Assembly (NCBI GenBank): GCA_963750165.1
Contig: CAVVPN010000003.1
Span: 3,495,877-3,559,876 of the forward strand
Direction: 5' to 3'
DNA: 64,000 bases
From: an uncultured Gemmataceae bacterium
GTDB lineage: Bacteria; Planctomycetota; Planctomycetia; Gemmatales; Gemmataceae
The translations under genes were made by a program, and so were the position numbers. The number at the start of each line of letters is the position of its first letter. Position 1 is the stretch's first letter. The notes below the pieces were generated by a model, which had not been told where the DNA came from, made no database searches, and saw only the letters and a list, made by a program, of their open reading frames with translations. This document shows, piece by piece, positions 17,824 through 32,066 of this stretch.

Positions 17824-20800
17824 CTACGCCTTCTTCTCCTTCGGCAACACCGGTCGTACGCAGCGCCATCCCGCCCACGCCCGCGCCGCCAGCCCGCACG
17901 TCCGCCCGATGTGCCGCACGCAGCGCCGGTAGGTCTTCTTCAGACACCGGTCATGCGTCACCGCCGCGCTGTCCGCCGCTGCCCGCGCCAGCAGTTGCCG
18001 CGCCTCCCGGAACGCCCGGCCGCGCTCCGCCTGCACCAGCAGCACCGCGTCCGCCAGCGCCGCGAAGAATTTGTGCCAACCGTCCAGCGCGGCAGGCTGG
18101 ACGCCCGCCAGCCGCTGCCGCGCCGCTTCGGTACGGCCGGCCAGCGCGTCGTCCAGCGCCAGCCAGACGTGGTGGTACGGCGTCGTGTAGTCGGCATCCA
18201 GCGTCACGGCACAGGCGCTGGCGCGGTTCGCCTCCTCCGCGCGGCCGACCGCCCGCAGCGACACCGCCAGGTTGAGGAGCATCCACGGCTCCGCGTCCGC
18301 CTGCTGCTCCCAGTCGCGCTGCCAGTCCACGATCAACTCGTCCGCGTCCTTGTCCGTCAGGGCGAGCGCGTGCCCCATCTGGCCCCAACCGTGGCCGTCG
18401 GCGCGGAGCAGGTCGCCGTGCTGTCGTAGCAGCGCCAGCAAACACGGCTGCTGCTTCGCTCGGCCCAGCGCCACCGCATACTCGATCAACACCGCGCGGC
18501 CCGCCTCGCCCTCGGCCGCCAGCGACTCCAGTTCCTTGTCGCTGAACCACGCACCGCGCGCCGCCCGCCGCTGCGCCAGGATTTCGCCGGCCAGCGGGTT
18601 GCCCTCCTCACCGCCGACCGACTCACGCAGCACCCGCTCCGCGTCCTCGCCGCAGCCCGCGCCCGTCAGCGCCTGCAGCGCCTCGTCGAAGTGCCAGCGG
18701 CTACCGTCGCACTGCTCACACGCCAGGCGGAACAGCTGCAGCGCCTCGTCGCGCTCCTGACGTTTGGCCGCCAGTTGAATCTCCTTGAACAGCACGTCCA
18801 CCGCGGCCGCGTGCTGCCGCGCCACGTCCAGCGTCTCCTCCGCGGCGTCCAGTTCGCCATCCGCCAGCTGCCGGTCGAACAGGCTCAGACTGCCGAAGAA
18901 GTAGGCCGGGTCCAGCTCGACCGCGCGGGCGAAGTCCGCCTTCGCCCCGGCCAGGTCGCCGGTCAGCCGCCGGGCCTCACCGCGGTTGCCGAACGCCGGC
19001 GCGTGGTCCGGCGCCAGCCGCACCAGCTGCTCCGCCGCCGCCAGCGACTCCGCCAACTCCTTGCGCTGCTCGTGCCACTCGACCAGCTGCGTCCAGCCCC
19101 AGTAATAATCGGGATGCTCCTCCAGCAGCGCCCGCATCAGCGCCAGCGCCCGGTCCAGGTCGCCGCGCTGCTTCTCCACCCAGGCGGCGCGGCCACGCAG
19201 GTTCACCGGCACCTCCGGCAAGTCCGCCGGCGCGCACGCTGCCCGTGCCTCGTCGTACCGGCCCGCCCGCGCCAGCAATTCCGCCAGCACGTCGTCGAAG
19301 TCCTGCGGCACCTCCGCCAGCGCCCGCGCCCGCCGCAGCGCCGCCAGCCGCTCCTCCAGTTCCTCCTCGTCATCCCCCTCGTCCCAGGTCCGCGACCACA
19401 GCAGCGCGGCGTGCGGCGGAAATTCCTCCTGCCGCACCACCTCACCCAGCACCTCGTCCACGCGGCCGCCCCAGCCGGCCTGCCGCAGCGCCTTGACCGC
19501 CTCGTCCAGCGGCCAGGTCGCCTGAAACACGTGGTCGCACAGCCGCCGCAGACACTCGACCGCCTGCTCCTCCTCATCGCACTTCGCCGCCAGCTTTGCC
19601 GCCCGCGTCGCCACGTACTCGCCGCCGATGTGCTCCTCCATCAGCATCAGCGTGTGACGGGCGCCGTCGATGTCGTCATCCGCCAGCTGGGCGTCGAAGA
19701 GCGTCATGGACGCGAAGGCGTAGTCCGGCGCCGCCGCCACCGCCGCCCGCAGATCCTCCAGGCCGGCGGTCCGCTCGTCGGTGCGCAGCCGGGCCTCGCC
19801 GCGGTAGGTCAACGCCGTCGGGTCTTCCGGGGCCAGCCGCACCATCTCCTCCGCGGCGGCCAGGTAGCCCGGCAGGTCGCCGAGCCGCTCACGCCACTCC
19901 GCCACCTTGGTCCAGCCCCAGTAATAATTCGGATCCTCTTGCAGCAAATCCTCCATCTGCGCGACCGCCTGCGGCACGTTGCCCCGCTCCGCCTCGATCC
20001 ACGCCGCCCGGCCGCGCAGGAACAACGGCTGCTCATCCACCGGCGGCCGGCACGCCGCCCGCGCCTCGTCGAAGCGGCCCGCCTTCGCCAGAAAATCCGC
20101 CTGCAGGTCCAGCGCCTCGAAGCAGCGCGGGTACACCGTCGTCGCCTGCCGCAGCGCCGCCACGTACTCGTCGCCAGCCCGCGGCGTCAGCATCTTGGCC
20201 AGCATCAGCCACGACCGCGCCTCGTGCGGCCGCTTCTCCGTCAGCTCGCGCGCCAGCGCCACCGCCTCGTCCGGCTGCTCCAGGTGTCGGGCGAACTCGC
20301 TCAACCGTCGCCAGGCCCACTCGTAACCGGGGTCCAGCCGCAGCGCGTGCTTCAACCGCTCCACTGCCGCCTCGTGCTCGCCCTGCTGCCACAGCAGGTC
20401 CGCCAGACAGCCGTGGTTCGCCGCCGCCAGCGGCGCTCGCACCACCGCCTGCTCCAGCAACTGCCGGGCCTCGTCGAGCCGGTTGTCCTCCTCGTACAGC
20501 TCCGCCAGCTCGCGCACCGCGGCGCTCCACGTCGGGTTGATCTCCAGCGCTCGCTTCAGCGCCTCAATGGCGCCTTCGCGATCCGCGCGAACTTGTGCAC
20601 GCGGGCCAGGTCGAAGTGCAGCGCCGGCACCAGCGGGAAGCGGTCCACCGCCTCGGTCATCACGTCCAGCGCTTCGTCCAGGTCGCCCAGATCCAGCAGC
20701 TGCCGCGCCACCGCCGCCCACGATTGCCACAAATCCGGCCGGGCGTCGCGCAGTGTGCGCAGCGACACCAGGATGTCCTCCGGCGGCACATTGCCCTGCG

Positions 20801-23645
20801 CCTGGTCGCGGTACGCCAGCAGCCCCGCGCCGAAATGCACCTGCCGCAGCAATTCCTGCTCGACGAACTCCAGCGCCTCCTGCCGCTCGGCCAGCGTGTC
20901 GCAGGCGAACACCAACTCGCTGATGGCCAGGTCGAAGTCCACGGACAGCCGCAGTGCCTCGCGGTTGGCGTCCCGGCACTCGGCCATGCGGCCCGCCAGC
21001 TGGCACACGCGGCCGCGCACCGAGTAGTACGACGGGTGGACCGGCTCCAGGTGAAACGCCACCTCCAGCTCCGCGAACGCCTCGTCGAAGCGGCCCAGGT
21101 CGCCCAGCGCCAGCGCCAGTTCGCGCCGCGCCCAGGCGTCGGCGGGGTGGATGGCGATCAGCCGTCGCACCACCGGCTCCAGGGCCACGGCCCCCTCGTC
21201 GCGCAGCCACTCGACGTACAGCTTGTGCAGCCCGAAGTGGTGCGGAAAGCGTTCGCAGCAGGCGTACAGTTGCGCCAGCGCCGCCGGCCGGCCGCCCGTC
21301 TCGGCCAGCAACTGGGCGACGGCGCGGTGCGCGTCCAGGGCCAGCGGCTCGACTTCCAGCACCGAATGCCACAGCCGCAGCGCCTCGGCCTGGTTGCCCT
21401 CGCCGGCCGCGAAGTCCGCCGCGGCGCGCAGCCAGACCGTCTCCTGCGCCTTACCGTGAGCCTGCCCCAGCAGCGCCCGGCCGCGCTCGCGGTGGCCGTG
21501 GTTCCAGAACAGCTGGGCGGCGTGCAGCAGCAACTCGCCATCGTCGGGCCGCTGCCGCAGCGCATTCTCGATGGCGACGAACGCCTCGGGGGCGCGCTCC
21601 AGTTGCTCCAGCGCCCAGCACCACGTCCGCACCGGCCGGCTCGAACTCGCGCCCAGGCGGCGCACGCGCTCGCGCAGCAGCCGCAACAACTCCTCCGTCT
21701 GTTGCAGCCAGCGCGCCGCCGTGAAGTAGGCACGCACCAGTCGCTCGTCCTTGTCCTCCAGGCAGGCGGCGAAGCGGTACAGCTCCAGCGCCTCCGGATA
21801 ACGGCGGCGATCCCAGTGCAGGTTGGCGAGAATGTAGTAGTTGCCGGCCTGCACCGGGTTGAGCCGCAGCGCCCGCCACAGCAGCCGCCGCACCACCGGG
21901 AACTCCCGGGCGTCAACCATCAGCTCCTGCGCGTACTGCTGCCAGCACACCGGGTCCGCGCCCGGCCGGTCGCTCAGTTTTTCCAGCAATTCGACGCGCT
22001 CGTCGCGCCGCGCCAGTTCGCGCAGGCAGTTCACCTTGAACATTTGCAGCGCGATGTCATCGGGGAACAGCGTCAGCAGTTTCTCGACGGCGGCCAGGAC
22101 CGCTGCGGGGTCGGCGTCATAGCCGGCCAGCGAGCGCCGCGCCTGCAGTGTCAGGAAGTGATCGGGGGCCTGCTGCTCCAGGGCGGTCAGGGCGGCGGCC
22201 GCGGCGGGGCGGTCGTGCAGTTGCAGGGCGCGCTGCAGGCGGTGCATGTGGTCGTAGAGCGGCGCGTCCGGCAGTTCCAGATTCAGCAGGTCCGCCCGTT
22301 CGCGCGGCACCAGGGCCATGCCGCGCGGGCCGGTCGCCCGGTAGCGCTCCAGCACGCCGCCGGCCAGCACCTCGTTTTGATGGCGTTCGCCGGGGTCGCG
22401 CAGGATGAGGGTGCCGCGACGGGCGTCGTAGCCGATGACCGCTTGCAGGTGCGAACTGGTCGGCTCGGCGGTCGTCAGTGTGAAGGGAATGCCGCGGTCG
22501 ATGAGGGCGGCGGCGCTGTCCCAGGTGACGGTGAACTCGCGGGCCACCCAGCCGTTGCTCTCGGCCCAGTGGCGTTCGCTGTGACAGGGGGTGCCGTCGT
22601 AGCAGATGGACGCGGCGACTTCGAGGTGCTCGCCCGGCATCGACCAGAAGCGGCAGATCATGGCCAGCGTCGCCGGCGAACAGGTTAAATGGTGCTGGCG
22701 CACGAAGCCGACCGGCAGTTGCACGCGCTTCGCATCCGGCGGCGCCGCGGCGAGGCGGCGGCCGATTTCCTCATAGAACGGCCCCGGCACCTGGCGGGCG
22801 TGCTCCACCGCTTGCTCCAGGTCGCCGCAGAAGTACGCGGTGTCGGAACGGCGAGCGCTCAGCCAATCGCGGTAGTATTTCTCCATGAGCGGCGACAGTT
22901 CGGCGAAGCGCTCGTAAGTGCGGCGGGCGTCGGCGTAGCGGCGCAGCTCGATCTGCAGCGCCGCCAGCTGGGTGGCGATGGCGCCGTTTTCGATGGTGCG
23001 GTCGGCCTCCTGGAGCAGTGCGAGCGCCTCGTCGTCGCGCTGGAACTGCACGAGCAGGTGGGCGGCCATCTGCACGGCGGGGCGATACCACGGCCGCAAC
23101 CGCAGCGTCTCCTGCGTCACTTCCAGCGACTCCTCGGGGCGGTCCTCCGCCAGCAGCAGGCCGGCGCGTTCCAGGCGCACCCACGGCAGGTCGGGGGCGA
23201 TTTCCTCAGCGCGGGATTGCCAGCGCTCGGCTGCCTCGAAGTCGCGCAGCCGGGCCAGCACCGAGGCGTGCAGCGCCAGCCAGGGGCCACGTTGCGCTGG
23301 CGCGGCGTCGGGCAGTTCGCCGCAGCGCTTCAGCTTCTGCCAGGCGCGCAGCGGGCCGCGGCGGTCGAGCAGTTCGCGGACGTGATACCAGCACGCTTCC
23401 GGATGGGTCGGGTCGGCGCGGAAGGCGTGGTGGAAGTGCCAGGCGGCCAGGCGCGGCGCCCCCAGATTGCCCGCCAGCCGGCCGGCCAGGACGCGAGCCG
23501 CCGTGCCGCGCCACTGCGGCAGCGGGCCGAGCGTTTCCGCCAGGCGGTACGCTTGCAGACACAGGCCGCGCTCGTACAGCTCCAGGATGGGCTGCAACTG
23601 CTGGACGGTCAGGGCTTCCGGGGCGGTCAGGGTCTGGGTGCTCAT
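17824..23645 (-). CDS. Giant TPR-repeat protein with internal C39-like cysteine peptidase domain (about 1940 aa; frameshift near 20590)
   Basis: ORFs 20556-23645 and 17824-~20600 join as LARVHK-x-RADREGAIEAL after restoring 1 nt; RQHHLTCSPA (Q..C) and HLQAVIGYD (H..D); many TPRs. Confidence 0.85.
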
Positions 23646-23854
23646 GGTGGCGCTCGCAAAGAGTGGTGGTGGTCTTCGTGACAACCGACATCGGTAAGAC
23701 CGAATTGGCGCGGGCGGGTTCGGCCCGTCTGCCAACTGGGAAGTATCTTAACCGGCCGCGGGGGGTGGAAGGAAGTCAGTAGCGGTGGTCTGCTGATTTG
23801 CAGATTTGCAGAGCAAGACGCATTTTCTGCTCCGTAGAAAACCTGCGGTGCTTT

Positions 23855-23883
23855 CGTAGTGCGGGCGGCTCGCCCGCACTACG
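23855..23883. repeat. Contracted family A REP
   Basis: CGTAGTGCGGGCG-GCT-CGCCCGCACTACG; supplies the TAG stop of the S9 peptidase. Confidence 0.8.
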
Positions 23884-25941
23884 GGGTCGGCCCGTGGCCG
23901 ATGTACTTCTCCAGCCACGCGAACACCTCGCGGTGCCACACCAGCGAGTTCTGCGGCCGCAAAATCCAGTGGTTCTCGTCCGGGAAGTACACCAGCCGCG
24001 TCGGCACGCCCTTGAGCCGCAGCGTCATGTAATACTCCAGCCCGTGCGTCACCGGCACCCGATAATCCTTTTCGCCGTGCAGCACCAGCGTCGGCGTCTT
24101 GAAGTTCTTTGCGAAGCGGCTGGCGGACTGTTTGTCCACTTGCGCGAGGTCGTTCCAGGGAAACGCGCCCAGCAATCGTTCGCGGGGCGCACCACGTCCG
24201 AGGCCATCTGGCTGTGGTAGCTGTAGACGCCGGCGTGACAGACCATCGCCTTGAAGCGATCCGTGTGGCCATTGAGCCACGCCATCATGTAACCGCCGTA
24301 GCTCGCGCCCGCTGCGGCCATGCGGTTCGTGTCGATCCACGGCTGCTTCGCGAACCAGTCGGTCGCCTTGAGCACGTCAATGGTCGGCTTGGTGCCCATG
24401 TCGCCGGTGATGGAGTCGGCGAACTTCTTGCCGAACCCGCTGGAGCCGTGGAAATTCACGCAGCCGACGACGTAGCCCTGCGCCGCCCACAGTTGCAGGT
24501 TCCAGCGGAAGCTGAAGTCGCTGGTGAGGCCGATGTGCGGGCCGCCGTGAACCACCTGCACCAGCGGCCATTTCTTCTTCGGGTCGAAGTTCGGCGGGTA
24601 GACCACCCACATTTGCACGTTTTCGTTGTCGGCACCCTTGAAGGTGACGGACTCGACCTTGCCGAGCTGCCAGGAGTTGATGAGGGCGTCGTTGAAGTAG
24701 TCGATTTTCTTGAGGGACAAAATGCCGCTGTGACGGGCATAGATAGTCGGTGGAAGGCTAAAGCTGGAGAGCGACGAGACGGCAACTTTGCCTGTGTTAG
24801 AGACGTCCAGTTGGCGTTCTGAGCGATTGAGATTTTGCTTGGTGAAAGATCCCAATTCCATCTGATGATAAACGAGTCCCACAAAGCCCTTGTCTTCCAC
24901 TTGGCAAGTGATGAATTTGCTATCAGGCGACCAGCGCGGGTTGAGAAAACTATGGTCCTCCAAGTTCGTCAAGATACGGTTTTTGCCACTGGTCCGTTCA
25001 TGTAGCGCGAGCTTCTGACAGTCCGTTGTGAAGAACTTCACGGTGCTGCGCGTGAACGCAATCGACTTGCCATCCGGACTGTACACCGGGCTGGCGTCCT
25101 GCCCCACGTTCTCCGCCGTGATATTTTCCGGCTTCGATTTCCCATCCAGCGCCAGCGTGTAGAGGTCGAGGTTCACATCCGTCCCAATGTCCTTGACCGA
25201 ATCCGCGACGAAGCACAATTCCTTGCCGTCGGGCGACACGTCATAGTCGCGCGGCGATGGCTCATACGGCGACAGGAATTTCCCCATGCCCGCCAGCAAA
25301 TTCCGGTGCTTGCCCGTGGCCACGTCCACGGCGAAGATGCTCGGCCGCTTGCCGTCGGCGATAAAGTGGTCCCAGTAGCGGAACGCGGCGTCGTCGATGA
25401 CGAGCGCCTTGCTCTTGCGCTCCTTCAGCGCCTTTTCCTTCTGCCGATGGCCGGCGTCGTCGGCCGCGTCGGGCCAGGTCCAGCCGATGCAGTACACGGT
25501 GCGGCTGTCGGCGGACCACTTCAGGCCGCTCGCCGCCATCGGCATCTTGCTGACGCGCTTGGCCTCGCCGCCCGCGGGCGCGATGACGTAAATCTGCGCC
25601 ACCGCGTCGCCGCCGCGCTTGCTGGTGAAGGCGATCCATTTGCCGTTCGGAGACCATTTCGGGCCGGAATTCTTGCCGGTCGTGTTTGTCAGCTGCTTTT
25701 GCTGCTTGCCGTCGGTGGCCAGCAGCCAGAGGTTGGAGGTGCTGTCGTCCTTCTCGATGTTCCAGGTTGTCACCTCAACGACGCACCATTTGCCGTCCGG
25801 CGCGATGCTGGGGGCGCCGACGCGCTTGACCTTCCACAGATCCTCAACGGTGAGCGGGCGTTTCGCCTGGCCGGGCACGGCGGCGACGGGGCCGAGGAGA
25901 GCACACAGGACGAGCAACAGGCAGCGGAGCGGAAGCGGCAT
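23879..25941 (-). CDS. Secreted S9-family peptidase (acylaminoacyl/dipeptidyl peptidase; frameshift near 24186)
   Basis: Signal peptide, beta-propeller repeats, HGGP, GASYGG nucleophile; EKDYRV and ENHW lie in the shifted frame. Confidence 0.9.
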
Positions 25942-26211
25942 GGAAACCCCCAGGTCAGGGCGGGGGCGACCCGCCGGCAAACGCTGCCCGGCGCACGTCC
26001 CCGTGGCTGATCACCGGCCCTGAAGGTAGGTTCCCGATCCCCGCACGTCAAACGAAATGTGCTCCGTTTTCCTCATCGCCTTAACGCCATCGGCGTCAGC
26101 GCAGGGTCACTAACTGACGATCCCCTAGAGTATCCAGGGAAAAGACTGGCCCCAATAAGATTCGAGAGAACCCTCTTGAAATCCAATGAATTTGCATGTA
26201 ATAATATTATC

Positions 26212-26269
26212 GTCCCGCTGGGGGTCTCGGTGATGGGCGACACCGGGGTCTTCGCGGGACATTTTTTTT
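26212..26269 (+). terminator. Intrinsic terminator-like hairpin, possibly the body of a small RNA
   Basis: GTCCCGC...GCGGGAC stem with G-U pairs valid only on the + strand, followed by A and T8. Confidence 0.55.
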
Positions 26270-26327
26270 CCCCACTCAACCATCTATCCAACAACTCCCA
26301 TCACAAACACCCAAACGAACCGGGGCG

Positions 26328-28319
26328 TCAGCGCACCAACCTGGCGGTATCCCACAGCAGGATGGTGCTGTCCATCTGACCCGAGGCCAACATTCGCCCG
26401 TCCGGCGCGAAGGCGAGCGCCTCCACGCGGTGCTCCAGCTCCGGCGAGCGCCAGCGCTCCTTGCCGGTGGCGGCGTCGAGCAGCACCAGGTCGCGGGTAC
26501 CGGCTGCGGCCAGCAACCGGCCGTCCGGTGTGAACGCCAGCGGCCCCACCCCGAAGTAGCGGTCGAGGTCGATCGCGAAGCGCTCCTTGCCAGTCTGCGT
26601 GTCGAAGACCCTGACCTTGAAATTGCCGCGGGTGAATTGAACCGCATTTGGGATGGCGCTGAAGGCGCGGACGGCCAGGGAGCGGCCGTCCCGGGAGAAG
26701 ACGAAGGCCCGCTCTGGCGTGTCAGGGGCGGAGAACGTCCGCACCTCCTTGCCGGTGTCCACCGCGATCAGCGCCAGGTCTCTGTCGGCGCGCCGCGCCA
26801 CCGTCTTGCCGTCCGGCGCGAAGGTCTGTTCGCTGTAGCCGGCATGGTTCTCCGGCCGGCGCAGCAACGGTTTGGCGGTGGCGAAGTCGAAGACGTTGAC
26901 CACCTCGGGCTCCTCGCGGCGGAAGCCCTTGCTGACGCAGAGCAGGCGCTGGCCGTCGGCGCTGACGGCCAGGGTCCGCACCTGCTCCCGGCCCTTGAGC
27001 GCGAAGCGGCGCAGCTCCGCGCCAGTGTCATCCCAGAGCCGCACCGTCCCGTCGCTGGCCCCGGTCACGAAGCCGCCCGGCGCGGGCCGCAGGTGCTGCA
27101 CGGAAACTTGCGGGGCCTCGTGCCAGGTGAGTTTTTTCAACGTCGTGTGCGTCTGCAGGTTCCACAGGCGGTGGTCCGACCCGGGGAAGGTGAGGGCCGC
27201 GAGCCGTTTGCCGTCCGCCGAGAACGCCAGCTCCCGGATGCCGCCGAGGTGCCCGTCGAAGTCGTGCCGCGGCCTGCCCGTGGCCAGGTCGAACAGAGTC
27301 AGCGCCGCGCCGGTGAGCTGCAACCCCGTCTTGCCGTCCGGCGAGACGCGGTCCACCCATCCGGGCCCCGGCAGCGGCGGCAGCGGCTTCCCCGTCGCCA
27401 CGTTCCAGCGGTGCGCCTTGCCCTGATGATCGACGGCGATCAGTTCCTTGCCGCCGGGCATCACCCGGGCGCGGCTGACCCGGCCTGCCAGTTTTGCCAC
27501 GGCGCGCGTCTGCTTCCCCGTGGTCACGTCCCACAGCGCGATGACACCTTCGCTGAAGAAGCCGCCTCCCGGGCGTTTGGCCGACCGATTCGCCGCGATC
27601 AGCAGGGTCTTGCCGTCCGGCAACAGCTGGAACGCGGCCAGGTCCCGCCATGTCTCGTTCCCGAAGGTGCGCTTCGATTTGCCGCTCTCCAGGTCGCCGA
27701 CGTGCACCGTCCCCTGAAACGCACTGGCCGAAACGGTCGTACGGTTGTCCGGGCAGATGAGGATGCGGCCGACCTCGCGTTCGTGCCAGTTCAGCTGCCG
27801 GCGCTCCTTGCCGGTGGCCACGTCGAAGACGCGCAGCTGCGGGTCCAAGGTGTTGCCGCCGATGACCAACGTCTTGCCGTTCGGCGCGAACGCCAGCGCG
27901 GTGGCCCGGGGGAACCGCGTGTCCATCGGCAGCGTGTGCAGCAGACGGCGGCGGTCGAGGCTCCAGAGTGCCGCCCCCCCTTGAGAGCCGGCCACTGCCG
28001 CGGTCTTGCCGTTGGGCGAAACGGCCATGACGCTCAGTTCGCCTGCCAGCGCCGTCAGGACGTGGAGTTGCTTGCCAGTGTCCACGTCCCAGAAGCGCAG
28101 CTTGCCGTCGCCGCCGCCGGTGACGATGGTGCGGCCGCCGGGCAGGAACTCGGCGCTGCGCGTGAAAGGGTTGCCGTGGCGGAAGCGCACCGTCCCCAAC
28201 CGGGCGACCGCGCCGGCCGGCAGCGGGTCGCCGTAACGATCCGCCGGCGGCCCCTGTGCGGTCGCCGGGACGGCCAGGAGCGCCACGCATAGCAATACCA
28301 GTGATCGGGTCGTGAACAT
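26328..28319 (-). CDS. Secreted WD40-repeat protein
   Basis: Signal peptide, DRYGDPLPAGAVARLGT leader, repeated AFAPDG...LWD units. Confidence 0.9.
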   Translation of the reverse strand: MFTTRSLVLLCVALLAVPATAQGPPADRYGDPLPAGAVARLGTVRFRHGNPFTRSAEFLPGGRTIVTGGGDGKLRFWDVDTGKQLHVLTALAGELSVMAVSPNGKTAAVAGSQGGAALWSLDRRRLLHTLPMDTRFPRATALAFAPNGKTLVIGGNTLDPQLRVFDVATGKERRQLNWHEREVGRILICPDNRTTVSASAFQGTVHVGDLESGKSKRTFGNETWRDLAAFQLLPDGKTLLIAANRSAKRPGGGFFSEGVIALWDVTTGKQTRAVAKLAGRVSRARVMPGGKELIAVDHQGKAHRWNVATGKPLPPLPGPGWVDRVSPDGKTGLQLTGAALTLFDLATGRPRHDFDGHLGGIRELAFSADGKRLAALTFPGSDHRLWNLQTHTTLKKLTWHEAPQVSVQHLRPAPGGFVTGASDGTVRLWDDTGAELRRFALKGREQVRTLAVSADGQRLLCVSKGFRREEPEVVNVFDFATAKPLLRRPENHAGYSEQTFAPDGKTVARRADRDLALIAVDTGKEVRTFSAPDTPERAFVFSRDGRSLAVRAFSAIPNAVQFTRGNFKVRVFDTQTGKERFAIDLDRYFGVGPLAFTPDGRLLAAAGTRDLVLLDAATGKERWRSPELEHRVEALAFAPDGRMLASGQMDSTILLWDTARLVR

Positions 28320-28718
28320 GCCTCCCCCCCGAGAATGCGGGCAAGGACGTGCAGGCGCCAGTCAACGCGACGGCGATTCTCCCTCGCCGCGGCCCAGCCG
28401 TCAATGACCGGCTGGTTGCGGCTGGGGAATTTTCGGTCACCCGGCCTCAGATGAGGGGGTGTGTGAAATGATATGAAATGAAAGCCTTCCGTGGCACTTC
28501 CTTCAGGATACCACACCGGACACGACAGCGGAAGGGCGCGCGGTTCGCGCAAAAATTCCGCGAAATTGCTGGACGCCGGCCCCGCCGCGCGCGTAAATAA
28601 GACCAACCCTCTCCTCGGCCCAACGAAACAATCGGCCGATCGCTGGGTTTCATTCAAAGATCGAGACGCTTCGGTTACCACCGCAATCGCCCTGGATGGG
28701 ATTCCCCGGGAGTCGTTC

Positions 28719-31922
<3,204 letters not shown>

Positions 31923-31941
31923 CGACGCGCCGTGAACCCGT

Positions 31942-32027
31942 CTGTTCTGCCGCTGGCGGCCTGGCGCGCTGCGACCCTTCTGACGTCAGATGGGTTGCAG
32001 CGCGCTAGGCCGCAAGCGGCAGAACAG
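31942..32027. repeat. REP-like palindrome (family D)
   Basis: CTGTTCTGCCGCTGGCGGCCTGGCGCGCTGC...GCAGCGCGCTAGGCCGCAAGCGGCAGAACAG imperfect inverted repeat. Confidence 0.75.
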
Positions 32028-32066
32028 CAATGTTTCAGTTTCATCCCTTGTTTTCGGAGATCGGGA

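Noticed and set aside
26059..26379. Protein-coding ORFs or a type I toxin in the S9-WD40 gap
   Set aside because: The candidate ORFs lack RBS support, a hydrophobic helix and typical codon bias.
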